64,000 bases of DNA from positions 15,872,001 to 15,936,000 of the forward strand of contig CM069161.1 in the NCBI GenBank assembly GCA_035221665.1, in the 5' to 3' direction. A model generated the notes under the pieces. That model saw only the letters and a program-made list of their open reading frames with translations. It did no database searches and had not been told where the DNA came from. Positions within the stretch are counted from its first letter, which is position 1. Every line of letters begins with the position of its first letter. A program made the position numbers and the translations under genes. This DNA is from Okamejei kenojei (Eukaryota). Shown one piece after another: positions 48,795-61,350 of the stretch.

Positions 48795-50962
48795 TTCTCA
48801 GCGGTCTGGTGCGGTTTGAGGATGTGGACGGAATTCCATCACTGATGCTAAATTAGAAAACATTCAGTCCAACAATTCTGTGTTTTTTCCACAGAACCCT
48901 TTTCCCATCTTACTTCATATCATCTCCTCAACCTCTCCTTCTAGTCCTTTCTGCCTGGGTCCGGCTGCCTAACCTCAGCCTTGGGGACTTAACGATATGA
49001 CATGGGCTTGGTTTGGGTTGGATTGAACTGTACCATGTTGACCAGGTTCAGTATTTTATCCAGGTCAGGAATATATGCCTAGTATTAGTGCCTAGTATCT
49101 GCTCGGGGTCAGTAGCAATGAGCCTGACGTATAGCTAGTGGGACTTTTCCACTTTCCCATAAATGCTTCTCAGTCAGGATAGTTGTGGAAACATTGAGAT
49201 GGCGTTGGACAGAGGTCAGATTTGGAATGGCCACTGTGAGAGCGAAGTGCGTCGGGTTTTAATTTTACACAGATCTCAATTTTCTGCCACGTATCTTATC
49301 CAGATTCTGATTAAATCTATCTCCACTAATCATTTCAAGAACTCCGTGTGGGAGCACGTTCCACTGCCTTCTAAATGAAGGAGTTTTTTCTTGACCTCCT
49401 TTTTAGGTTTATTGATGGTTATCTCCTTTCTACAGTCCTGACTTTAGGCTCCCCCAGCAGTGGAAGATCCTATGGTCAAATAACAAAACACCAAGAGTGT
49501 TGATTTCAACATTATGTAAAATTGCTTTGAACAGTTACATTCTGCACAGGCCTGCTAGTGGACGATAGTTTACAGTCACACACTGATGAATTCAAAGTTA
49601 TTTCTTGTGGTTTGTAAATTTCTCTTGCAGAAGCTAATGAATTGTTGGCGAGTTCCCATAGGCTAATATAATATAAACCAACTGTTTTCCTTTATTGCTC
49701 AAGAAGGAACTGCAGATGCTGGAAAATCGAAGGTAGACAAAAGTGCTGGAGAAACTCAGCGGGTGCGGCAGCATCTATGGAGCGTTCGTTCCATAGATGC
49801 TGCCCTACCCGCTGAGTTTCTCCAGCACTTTTGTCTACCTTTGTTTTCCTTTATTGTTATCCGCACTGACAAAAGGATTTGCATATGTGGCAAAATAAAT
49901 GCAATATCTCTAATTTGTCTGCCTAAATCAAATATGAAACCTCAGCAACTATGGTGTCCTGTGGACTGTGTCTGCAGCTGCACGACTGAGTTTAGTTTGC
50001 ACTACTACGGTTACATAGTATTATGGTTATTAATTAATTTTATTACTGATTGTTGTTTATTTAACTGTGCATTGCGTTTATAGACCTGTTATGCTGCTGC
50101 AAGTAAGAATTTCATCATTCAGTTGTTGGCGAATATGACATTTAAACACCCTTGATTCTTGATTCAGAGTTAAAGTGCAGAAATAGGTTATCTAACATAT
50201 CACCAACTGTCTAATCCAAGGCATTCTTCTATGCTTTCAGTTCATACAAGCATGTATTTCCTTTTAAGTATCTTTTTACGCTTAATGTTATGTTAAAAGC
50301 CGTTTGCATAAAGTTACCAAATGTGTCCAATTTATTCCTTTTTCAACTCTTGAGAATCCCAGGTCTTTGCTCTGTGCTGAGGATTTATCAGGCACTGAAG
50401 ACTCGCTTTGATGTTTCTCAAAATATTTCGTCATTTAAAACAGATTTACTATCTTCCCCTTAGGTTCTGAGCTTTAATTTGCAACTACAATCTTACATTT
50501 CTGATACAATCTTACATTTCTGAAAGCGAATCTTCAGGGGACTTGCTTTCTGGGACAGTTATCTTCCTATCACAAGATGCACAGAACCACACACAATACT
50601 CCAACTGTGGTCCAATTAATGCCATGCACCAATTTAACAATTTGTTTCTTTCATAGTCCACACCCCCGCAAATAAATCTCAGAGTTGCATGGACTTTTAT
50701 TTCCATGCATTTCAATTTTAAATCCATGAGTTCCATCAGAGTTAAAATTGAATCCTTGCTTTTCAAAGTCTTTGGACATGTGAAGGAATAAACCCGAGGA
50801 ACTACTTAACATGGTCATTTGAGTCGAGACTGAATTCCTGATTATTTAACCCTTTATAATGGGCCCCACCCAGATCAGACTTTACTGTTCAGGGGAGGTG
50901 GACAACTCCCCGTGACACAGCCTTGCCTCAGTCGCTGAAGATGTGGAGGTGAGGACAAGCAG

Positions 50963-51383
50963 TTGTTCTTTCTAGAATATAGGAGATTGAGAGGGGATCT
51001 TATAGAAATTTACAAAATTCTTAAGGGGTTGGACAGGCTAGATGCAGGAAGATTGTTCCCGATGTTGGGGAAGTCCAGGACAAGGAGTCACAGCTTAAGG
51101 ATAAGGGGGAAATCCTTTAAGACCGAGATGAGAAAGACTTTTTTCACACAGAGAGTGGTGAGTCTCTGGAACTCTCTGCCACAGAGGGTAGTTGAGGCCA
51201 GTTCATTGGCTATATTTAAGAGGGAGTTAGATGTGGCCCTTGTGGCTAAGGGGATCAGGGGGTATGGAGAGAAGGCAGGTAAGGGATACTGAGTTGGATG
51301 ATCAGCCATGATCGTATTGAATGGCGGTGCAGGCTCGAAGGGCCGAATGGTCTACTCCTGCACCTAATTTCTGTGTTTCTATG
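50963..51383 (+). mobile_element. CR1 LINE 3' fragment
   Basis: ORF 50963-51292 is nearly identical to the C-terminus of ORF 58483-59745, with the same 3'UTR. Confidence 0.92.
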
Positions 51384-52282
51384 TTTTCTTTACTGACCGA
51401 GTGGAAGCAGCTCAACAAGGAAGCTGTGAAATTTAACGCCTTTATAATTAATATTGGATTTCTAGCCTGCAATAAATTGGCTGAAAATAAACTACTCCGA
51501 GAAAAGAAAAAATACTTGGAGCAGATGGTTCTTTAGTTGCAGTACCAATCGCTGACACGCAGGCAGGATAGCTGCACAGAATCAGATTGTTGAGGTATTT
51601 TGCAACGTTTCCTCTGCACACTGCAACAGGTACTCTGAAACACGTTCACAATTTCACTTGCATTAATCAAACTGGAAATAGGCATTGCCTCCAATGCAGA
51701 GGGGTCAGACAGCATCTCCCAACGCATGATTTGGAAGCTGTGCTGCGGAATCAGGTCTCGTTGATTTGAAGGCAGACACAAAAGGCTGGACTAACTCAGT
51801 GGGTCAGGCAACATCTCTGGAGAAAGTGAATAGGCGACGTTTCGGGTTGAGACCCTTCTTGATTTGAATTGTCTGGAGCATGCAGCAAGGGTCTGAGGTT
51901 TGCTGATTGTGTTTTGGAGTCGGGTTACACAGCAGGGGGCGGTGGTGAAAATACTTCTAACGGTTGTCACATCACAAAAAGGTCACTGATCAGCATTGCA
52001 CATGCTGCCGGTACAGTTAGACCTCAGCCCAGCCAGGGAGCAACCGCACCCCGTGCTCGCCCGCTTCTGAATGAAAGTTCACTGTAGTTACTGCTCATAA
52101 ATATCATAACATTAAGCCTCAGATCAAAAGAATCACTCCTTGCATTGTTTTAAATTGTCTCTGGTTACTCTGGTGTCTAGGTACATAAGTATACACACAT
52201 ACATCCTAACACAGATTCCAACACACAAACGCTCTCTAACACACGTGCACACACAAACACACACACTCTTCGAATGACTTAC

Positions 52283-52741
52283 CCTGTAGACCATTACTTT
52301 GAAGTTATTCCGTTTCAGCAGCACGGCCTCGTTTGACTCGAGCTTCTTGATCTGCGCTGCCTGCTTCTCCATGTTATGCTTGATGGTCTTGACATTGACA
52401 CTGACTTTCCGAATCTTCTCCAGCATCTTGTTGACACTGCTCGCCGAGGTCGTGTGCGACTTGGTCAGTTTGCTCAGCTCAGTTTGAATGCCGAACACGG
52501 CGTTCTCCATCTCCTGGTGCCGCTGCTCGAGCTGCTGCTGGCTGCTTTGGATCTGATCAACCATTCCCACCACTTTGTCCAGGAGAGTGAGCACCAGCAC
52601 CCCATTGAACGGAGGCTCGGACTTTGAGCTTTCATTCTGCTTCAGCGGCTCTGCGGGCTCCGGGCTGTCCAGCTCCCGCCCCTGGTCCAGCTCCTGCTCC
52701 AGGCTCAGCTCCTGCGCCTCTGTCTGCATGGTGTCTGCCAT
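52283..52741 (-). CDS. cavin1: Caveolae-associated protein 1 (cavin-1/PTRF), coding exon 1 (153 codons)
   Basis: ATG in strong Kozak context (CCAACCATGG). Encodes MADTMQ...NGVLVLTLLDKVVGMVDQIQ...TSASSVNKMLEKIRKVSVNVKTIK...QIKKLESNEAVLLKRNNFKVMVYR, the cavin HR1 coiled coil. Ends at donor AGG|GTAAGT, phase 0, the same position as the mammalian NFKVMIYQ|DEV junction. Confidence 0.95.
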
Positions 52742-53100
52742 GGTTGGAAATGTCAAACTGGGATTGAAAATACCAACTGAACCTGGGCTGACTGTGCTGG
52801 GATGGAAGCCAGTCCTGCAGGGCGAGAGAGAATGAGAGAGAGAGGGGAGCCTGTCTATATGTGCTCTCACTCCTGTTACACAGCTGCTCAAGAAGTGTCC
52901 AACAAAATGTGCAAGCTTAGAAGGACATCAGCTACTCCACCTAGCTGCACAGTGTGAGACTGCTGAAGTTCATGCCAGCCCCCTCCTTAAATTGTTTGAA
53001 TATTTGGGAGGGAGTTGAAGACTTCCAATGCAAGCACGGGCACATCTAACGAGGAAGGCACACCTCCAAGAGAAAATATCGCAGACCTGAGACAGGAATG
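52742..53100 (-). promoter_or_regulatory. Putative cavin1 5'UTR and proximal promoter
   Basis: Repeat-free stretch upstream of the ATG. TATA-like CATATAGA (~52854-52861, minus), GC-box-like GCCCCCTCC (~52978-52987) and TEAD/MCAT motif GGAATG (53095-53100). Motif spotting only; TSS unknown. Confidence 0.35.
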
Positions 53101-53882
53101 TTTACAGAACTGTGCTCTACATGTTAAATGCTAAGTAACAGACTCTGGAACTGCTGATGGATGAATCCAGCTTTGAAACAGACCTCAGCACAAGCCAGCC
53201 ACACATGCCCACGCACACAAAGAGACAGCTGAATTTCCATTGTGGCAAATGTACTAGTCTAAGCAATTTCTCTTTGCAAAGAAAGGCAGATTCTGGTACA
53301 AACAATAAAAATCCAGCAACAGTTAACATCAATTTCCACACTTAATAGTCCTTCAGTGAGCACAAATCTATATTTAGCCTCTCACTGTTAACTGTGAAGT
53401 TGGTAAAACTTCTCGTCTGCGTAACATTCAACAAACAGCTGGAAACAATTCACAAACAGATTTTTCTTTGAATCAGTAACAAAAATGATATCAACCGAGT
53501 GGGACTAGAGGCAAAAGGGAATCTGTTCGGGGATGCCTGTATGATGCACCAGATTAGAGATGAAGGCGGTGAATGTTTTCTTTGCCTGATGTTATATGAG
53601 CCACAATGATCATATGTGGCCCAGTTACTTTATGCACTCCCAGTTTGTTTAAATATTTATCTCGAGTGTTCAGTTGCAGAATGGCTATTCCCTTCCTGTA
53701 CTGTTGTTCTGTCTCTGAGTGTTCTTTCAGATTAACACTGCCATGGAAAATGGGATAGGAATCAGGGTGTGTTTAGTCAATGTTATTCAACAACCACAGG
53801 GTCAGATGGGAAATTATGCTCATTCGTGTTCTTAGGAGAGGATTTGCTGCATTATTATTTGACAGTGCCATAAATGTACATA

Positions 53883-53887
<5 letters not shown>

Positions 53888-53928
<41 letters not shown>
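53888..53928 (+). repeat. (GA)n microsatellite
   Basis: About 20 perfect GA units. Confidence 0.95.
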
Positions 53929-53930
<2 letters not shown>

Positions 53931-54123
53931 AGTAAGTTTATTGGCCAAGTATTCACATACAAGGAATTTGCCATGGTGCTCCGCCCACAAGTAACAACAT
54001 GACATACAGTGACAGTTACGAATGACTCAGAAAAACACTAAACATTAATATTAATAAAACATTGATGTGAGAGTGAGAGGGGGAGAGCGGAGATGGGGAA
54101 GGAGAGAGGGTAGGGTAGGCTGG

Positions 54124-54415
54124 GAAGATCATCAAGGACCCCTCCCACCCTAATCATGGACTGTTTGCCCTCCTACCATCGGGGAGGCGGTACAGGAGCC
54201 TCAGGTCCCGCACCAGCAGGATGAGGAGTAGCTTCTACAATAACACCATCGCACTGCTGAACTCGGAGTCCCGCCGATAGATTCCCACATCTGTATTTAT
54301 TTATCTGTATTTATCTAAACATTGCTATCACTACATACTGACACTAAACTGCATTTTGTTGTACCCATACTTGTATCTGTGCAATGACATTAAATTTGAA
54401 TTGAATTGAATTGAA
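54124..54415 (+). mobile_element. Rex1/Babar-like LINE 3' end with (TTGAA)n tail
   Basis: Translates KIIKDPSHPNHGLFALLPSGRRYRSLRSRTSRMRSSFYNNTIALLN, the Rex1-type C-terminus. Confidence 0.82.
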
Positions 54416-54459
54416 GGGAGAGGGAGAGGGTGAGGGAGAGGGATATATATATATATATC

Positions 54460-54960
54460 ATATTGTCATATGTACCAAGACAGAACAATACGATTCTTAC
54501 TTGCAGCAACATAACAAGTTAACACGATACTCGGTAGATAATATTATAAACAAACAAAAATAGAAGACTCCAATATTAGCGCAAAACCAAACAAAAGCCT
54601 GAGGTCCCATGTGCAACCAAGACAGTTCCTGATTTGATGTTTAGTTGGGGTTTGTAGTGTTCAATAGCCTGATTGTTGTTTGTAGTTTTCAATAGCCTGA
54701 TGGGTGTTTGGAAGAAACTGTCCCTGAACCTGGAGATCATGGTTTTCCAATCCTATACCTTCTTCCTGATGGCAGGAGTGAAATAAGACCTTGGCCAGAT
54801 GATGTGGGACCTTTTTGAGGCAGCGCCTCCTATAGATCCCTTCAATATTGATCAGCTTACTACTCATGAAGGACCGGACAGTGTCGATCAGTTTTTGTAA
54901 TCTTCTTCATTTCTGGGCATTCGAGTTCCTGAACCAGGCAGTGATGCCACCAGTCAATAT
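54460..54960 (-). mobile_element. Degraded Rex1-like LINE 3' end
   Basis: Minus strand reads SLLPSGRRYR...RFRDSFF...IRLL with frameshifts. Confidence 0.7.
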
Positions 54961-55534
54961 GCCCCCTACCGAACAAAGTCATAAGCTTAGTTTTTTTGTC
55001 TGACAAGGTAGATTTACCTTGGGCACTTGATCTTTGGTGACTCAGACCATTATCAAAGCTATTCTGCTGCACTGTAGTCTAGGGAGTGCGACATGGAGAA
55101 TGACGCACTACTCTACATCTAAGAGATGCAGAAAGTTTGACAACAAATAATTGGGGCAGCACTGGAGAAAAATATGGCTGGAGGGGCCTTGGTTAGTCAG
55201 TTTGCTTCTACTTACCGCTTATCCCTTCGAGGCCCTGATGTGAAAGGTCTCGAAATACCAGTCAAATATATGTCACGGGTGTGGCCAAGTTCATAGAGAT
55301 GAGGTAGGAAAATTATTACTGGGATAACGAAGGCATAAAAACATTTTGCAAGGATGACATAAAATTATAAAGAGAGACTGCATAGGCTGGAATGTTTTAC
55401 ACAGAGGGTGAGGTGTGCATGGGACATGCTGCCAGGGATGGCGGTGGTGGCAGTTATGATAGTAGTGTTTAAGAGGCATTTGATCAGGCAGATGCAAGGA
55501 ATGGAGGAATATGGATCACGTGCATGTAGATTAG

Positions 55535-55675
55535 GGGGGGGGGGGGAAGATTGCAACCTTCACGTGGTCCACCCTGTTTCGACTAATGCAATCAACCCGA
55601 CGTGCACAAACAAGATCAAATAGAACAAGTCGACCCACAACTTTAGGCTGTCCACGCCATACGCCAGGAGAAGAA
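55535..55675 (+). mobile_element. HDV-ribozyme-headed short retroposon, copy 3 (ribozyme 55540-55593)
   Basis: Imperfect TSD GCATGTAGATTAG / GCATGTCGACTAG (55522-55534 / 55676-55688) and 5' G-run. Inserted in a CR1 3' fragment. Confidence 0.85.
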
Positions 55676-57892
55676 GCATGTCGACTAGATGCATTTAACT
55701 TGGCAACATGTTCAGCATGAACATTGTTGGCTGAAAGGCTATGTTGTATGCTCCAATGTAAGAGACAGAGGGGTGACCTGATAGAGCTTTATTAAATCAT
55801 GCAGGGCATTGCTAAGGTGAATAACCATAGTCTTTGTTCTTGGGTAGAGAAGTCTAAAACTAGAGTGCATAAGGTTAGGGTGAAAGAGGAAAGATTTAAA
55901 GGAGCCTGAGGAGCAGACTTTTCACACAGAGGGTAGTGCTTACATGGAACAAGTTGCCCAGAAAAAGTGGTAGAGCTAGACAATAGACAATAGACAATAG
56001 GTGCAGGAGTATGCCATTCGGCCCTTCGAGCCAGCACCGCCATTCTATGTGATCATAGTTACAATCACAGCATTTAAAAGACATGGAAATGAAAGGTTTA
56101 TTATATTATGGGATAGGCACGGACATGCAGGGTTAGTTTCATTATATGGTTTGGTCAGCGTGAACAAGTTGGAGCAAGGGGCATGTTTCCAGAACAGAAT
56201 ACCCAGACCTTTACGTCTGAAAAGAGAACACCAGCAGATGATATAATGGAGATTGTTATAGTTAGGAAAGATGGCCAGTGTTGCTATTTGTAGGAAGAAT
56301 GAAATCGAGGCCCTCAATATAAAAAAAGGGCAAATAATCCAAAGGGCATTAAAAGCAATTCTTGCCCCAGAATATGATGAGGAAGAGGACCTCTAGATGT
56401 AGTGGGGGCACAGATTCATATACATGTGGCCCAGACTGGCACTAGGGGGAAGTGGATGCTGCTGGATGTCTGGAAGCATAGGCAGAGGCTTAAGGGGATT
56501 GTAATTTTTAACACGCTGGTTGGTCCTGTGGCCTCTGAACCATGAGTTCTACATAAAACTGCGATGGTACCATTGCGAATGGCTCCTCCCACCTCACTTC
56601 CATTATACTGTGCCTGATGCCATGATCCAAACTTTGATGTGTCCACGAACATCCCAGAAAAGCATAAAATGACAAACAGCAGGCATTGCAGGGAAGAGTT
56701 CATGATGTGGTCATTGCAATTTTACCCTGCAATAACCAATGAATGAGCGCCAAGAATTAACAAACGTGGGCGATTACCTCACATGGTGAAAATCTTCTGC
56801 CAGTGGTCACTAAACATGGACAAACGTCTCGATTTCAAGCCTCGTTGGGTACTCGATTTCAAGCTTTTATTGGGTACTGGAATTTTACTTCAATTATTAA
56901 GTTGACTTACAAAGAGAAGTTAATGTTTTTGCAGATTTCACAGCTGCGCTGAGCTGGTCAGTTGGGATGAGCTGGTGTTGGATGATAGGGAGTTTCCACA
57001 GTTTACAGCTGCCGGGGACTAACAGCTGTAGAGGAGGTCTCCCAATAGCAGCACGGAAACTGCCACGGTGTCCCCCCGTAGGTCGATGCTGACACCAAAA
57101 ACAGGCAACTACAGTTACTATCAACGGGCTGAAAACTATCTGCCTCAGGCCTTAACCTCTTCATGATCGAAAGCAGTGGTGAACATCAGAGTTGCGTCAA
57201 GAAACATGTCAGCGCAGAATATAACCGGCCCTACACAAGTAAGGGAGCCAAATATTGTTCATTAGGGTTCTAAGGGCAATGACAATCTCATAAGGGTGAC
57301 TCCGTTCTCAGATGCCTGATCCCAAAACTTGAACAATTTGGGCACTAGTCTGCTCTGCGTTAGTAGTCTCCAGTTCTGAGTTTGTTTTGGTCCTGCTGTG
57401 CAGTTGTTAGAGACATACTGCATGGAAACAGGCCCTTCAGCCCAACTGGCCAATGATGACCAAGATGTCCCATCTATACTAGTCTCACCTGCCCATGTTT
57501 GGTCCATATCCATCTAAATCTTTTCTATCCATGTATCTGTCCAAATATCTTTTAAATGTTGTCATACTATCTGCCTCGACTATCTGCTCCAGCAACCCAC
57601 TCCTTATACCCACCATCCACTTCCTGAAAAAGTTGCTCCTCAGGTTCCTATTTCCTCTCTCACCCACATTGTTTGTTTTTCCAAGTTTCAGCTGTAAGTT
57701 TAAAGGTCTGATGGGAATAGAGCACGCAACGTCTCACTACATCCCTACTCTTGCTTGAGCTTTGGAGAGGAATAGTTAGGGTTGCCGACTCTGGTTTTTT
57801 TTATTCTGGACGGTGATGTCACACGACCACTTGGGTTGAATCACTGCCTTCATTCTTCCATCATTGCCCCATTCTCCATCAGATACCATTCA

Positions 57893-59843
57893 ATCATCAG
57901 AGGACTGGGAGAAATTCAGAGACCAACAGAGGAGAACAAAGGACTTAATTAGGAAAGGGAGAATGGAGTATGAAAGAAAACTGGCAGGGAACATAAAAAC
58001 TGACTGCAAAAGTTTTTATCGATATGTGAAGCGCAAAAGATTAGTTAAAACAAATGTAGGTCCCTTGCAGTCAGAAACGAGTGAATTGATCATGGGGAAC
58101 AAGGACATGGCAGACCAATTGAATAACTACTTTGGTTCTGTCTTCACTAAGGAAGACATAAATAATTTGCCGGAAATAGCAGGGGATCGCGGGTCAAATG
58201 AGATGGAGGAAATGAGTGAAATCCAGGTTACCCGGAACGTGGTGTTGGGTAAATTGAATGGATTAAAGGCCGATAAATCCCCAGGGCCAGATAGGCTCGA
58301 TCCCAGAGTACTTAAAGAAGTAGCCCCAGAAATAGCAGGTGCCTTAATGATAATTTTTCAAAACTCTTTAGATTATGGAGTAGTTCCTGAGGATTGGAGG
58401 GTAGCTAATGTAACCCCACTTTTTAAAAAGGGAGGGAGAAAGAAAACGCGGGAATTACAGACCAGTTAGTCTAACATCGGTAGTGGGGAAACTGCTAGAG
58501 TCAATTATTAGAGATGGGATAGCAGCGCATTTGGAAAGTGGTGAAATCATTGGACAAAGTCAGCATGGATTTACGAATCTTATTGAATTTTTCGAGGATG
58601 TAACTAGTAGAGTGGATAAGGGAGAAGCAGTGGATGTGTTATATCTGGACTTTCAGAAGGCTTTCGACAAGGTCCCACACAAGAGATTTGTATACAAACT
58701 TAAAGCACACGGTATTGGTGGTTCAGTATTGATGTGGATAGAGAACTGGCTGGCAGACAGGAAGCAAAGAGTAGGAGTGAACGGGTCCTTTTCAGGATGG
58801 CAGACAGTGACTAGTGGGGTGCCGCAAGGCTCAGTGCTGGGACCCCAGCTATTTACAATATACATTAATGATTTGGACAAGGGAATTAAATGCAACATCT
58901 CGAAGTTTGCGGATGACACGAAGCTGGGGGGCAGTGTTAGCTGTGAGGAGGATGCTAGGAGGCTGCAAGATGACTTGGATAGACTGGGTGAGTGGGCAAA
59001 TGCATGGCAGATGCAGTATAATGTGGATAAATGTGAGGTTATCCACTTTGGTGGCAAAAACAGTAAGGTAGACTATTATTTGAATGGTTACCGATTAGGA
59101 AAAGGGGAGATGCAGCGAGACCTGGGTGTCATAGTACACCAGTCATTGAAAGTAGGCATGCAGGTGCAGCAGGCTGTGAAGAAAGCGAATAGTATGTTGG
59201 CATTCATAGCAAAAGGATTTGAGTACAAGAGCAGGGAGGTTCTACTGCAGTTGTATAGGGTCTTGGTGAGGCCACACCTGGAGTATTGCATACAGTTTTG
59301 GTCACCAAATCTGAGGAAAGACATTCTTGCCATAGAGGGAGTACAGAGAAGGTTCACCAGACTGATTCCTGGGATGGCACGACTTCCATATGAAGAAAGA
59401 CTGGATAGACTCGGCTTGTACTCGCTGGAATTTAGAAGATTGAGGGGTGATCTCATAGAGACTTACAAAATTCTTAAAGGGTTGGACAGGCTTGATGCAG
59501 GAAGATTGTTCCCGGTGTTGGGGAAGTCCAGGACAAGGGGTCACAGTTTAAGGATAAGGGGGAAGTCTTTTAGGACCGAGATGAGAAAATCGTTTTTCAC
59601 ACAGAGAGTGGTGAATCTGTGGAATTCTCTGCCACAGAAGGTAGTTGAGGCCAGTTCGTTGGCCATATTTAAGAGGGAGTTGGATGTGGCCCTTGTGGCT
59701 GAAGGGATCAGAGGGTATGGAGAGAAGGCAGGTACAGGATATTGAGTTGGATGATCAGCCATGATCATATTGAATGGCGGTGCAGGCTCGAAGGGCCGAA
59801 TGGCCTGCTCCTGCACCTAATTTCTATGTTTCTATGTTTCTAT
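57893..59843 (+). mobile_element. 5'-truncated CR1-clade LINE (HER1-like): ORF2 RT region, 3'UTR and (TTTCTATG)n tail
   Basis: ORFs 57864-58469 and 58483-59745 carry KSPGPD, VPEDWRVANVTPLFKKG, YLDFQKAFDKVPH, GVPQGSVLGP, SKFADDTKL and RPHLEYC. There is a +1 frameshift near 58449. Confidence 0.95.
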
Positions 59844-60956
59844 GTAATTAAAAAGAGAACAACATTGAGGGAAGTTTGAATATCGATGTTTGCTTGGTGT
59901 TAGGTGTTGGATCACAGAACAGCACTGGAACAGGCCCTTCAGCCCACAATGTCTGCGATGAACTTCATATCAGGAGAGAGAATGCAAAATCCAGGCAGGC
60001 ACGAGGAGCCACACGGCCCAATCCTGCTTCTATTTCTTATCTTCCTCAGTCCAGATGCCAAAAAATGGAAAAAGGAAATGGCAGGGAAACATTTACATTG
60101 CAATAAGAAATGAAGTGTCAATCCACGCTCCAGCTGTAGGCCGGCACACGCAAGTGGTAAAAAAAATGGCTGATTCTCCTTGCAAACCAGCTGGCCAATG
60201 TAGTCTTGTGGCAGGTGATGGGGGCGACTGGAAGGCGGGGCTCGGACGCAGCTTGCTAGCATAAGGCACTTTCAAAACTCAAGAGACTCAAGAATCAAGG
60301 GTGTTTAATAGTCATATGCGCCACGAATGGAACAACAAAATTCTTACTTACTGCATCTTAACATAATAATACGCAGATAAATATATCATAAATACAATAA
60401 ATCAATAACAGTAATACCATAACAGTGCAAAACTGAAGTCCGTGTGCAACCAGAGAAATAGTGCCTGGAAGATTATAGTTGCTGAGGTAGAGGTTAGACA
60501 AGAGTGTTTAATTGTCACACATACCAACAACATATGGTTAGTGTATTCATCGTAAGTGACTAGCAATAAATGTGCACTGGAGTCTCTGACTGACTAGAAG
60601 AGTCAGTCAGAGTCAGTACAGGATACTGAGTTGGATGATCAGCCATGATCATATTGAATGGCGGTGCAGGCTCGAAGGGCCGAATGGCCTACTCCTGCTC
60701 CTATTTTCTATGTTTCTATGTTTCTAAGAGAAGTATATGAGGAAATGCTGAGCATTTAGCATTTCTCCAATGATACCAGGATAGAACCAGCGCCATGAAT
60801 CAAGCCCGTTCTGCCAAACATCCTTGCCCCAATTCATCTGCTGCCAACTCTGTGGCATAATCTTTAAACAATTGCATGGAACTCATCTGCCACCTCAAGG
60901 GGGAAGCAAATCCTACTTGAACCCAAGGAGCCACCGAAGATGAAGAAGAGCGCAGA

Positions 60957-61350
60957 AGGTTAAGGGGGGACTTGATTGAGGTCTTTAATATGATGAAAGG
61001 GATAGACAGAGTTGACGTGGATACGTTTTTCCCATTGAGGGTAGGGAAGATTCAAACAAGAGGGCATGACATGAGAATTAAGGGACAGAAGTTTAGGGGT
61101 AACGTGAGGGGGAACTTCTTTACTCAGAGGGTGGTTGCTGTGTGGAATGAGCTTCCAGCAGAAGTGGTGGAGGCAGGATCGATTTTAACATTTAAAAGAA
61201 AGGTGGATAGGTATATGGACGTGAAGGGAATGGAGGGGTATGATCTGAGTGCAGGTAGATGGGACTAGGGGAAAACAAATGGTCGGCACGGACTGGAAGG
61301 GCCGAGAGGGCCTGTTTCCGTGCTGTAATTGTTATATGGTTATATGGTTA
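60957..61350 (+). mobile_element. CR1 LINE 3' fragment, same subfamily as 1054-1352
   Basis: ORF 60972-61268 (IEVFNMMKGIDRVD...TRGH...NFFTQRVVAVWNELP) and ATATGGTT tail. Confidence 0.9.

Larger units (their letters stand above)
2947..52282 (-). other. cavin1: cavin1 intron, 49,336 bp, GT-AG, phase 0
   Basis: Canonical donor GTAAGT (52277-52282) and acceptor CAG (2947-2949). No intervening cavin-like coding sequence seen. Confidence 0.88.

Noticed and set aside
50485-50523. Short tandem duplications (TACAATCTTACATTTCTGA x2; also ~54652-54700 and ~56828-56878) and the small hairpin at ~60584-60612
   Set aside because: Ordinary slippage or insertion-junction duplications with no further structure.
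52133-52282. C-terminal VSHSKSVCVCVC... of the same ORF
   Set aside because: Read-through past the GTAAGT donor into an intronic TG repeat.
52742-52891. N-terminal extension of ORF 52133-52891 (MSSCVTG...)
   Set aside because: It starts at TTG and crosses a CT-repeat. The Kozak ATG at 52741 gives a normal-length cavin-1 N-terminus.
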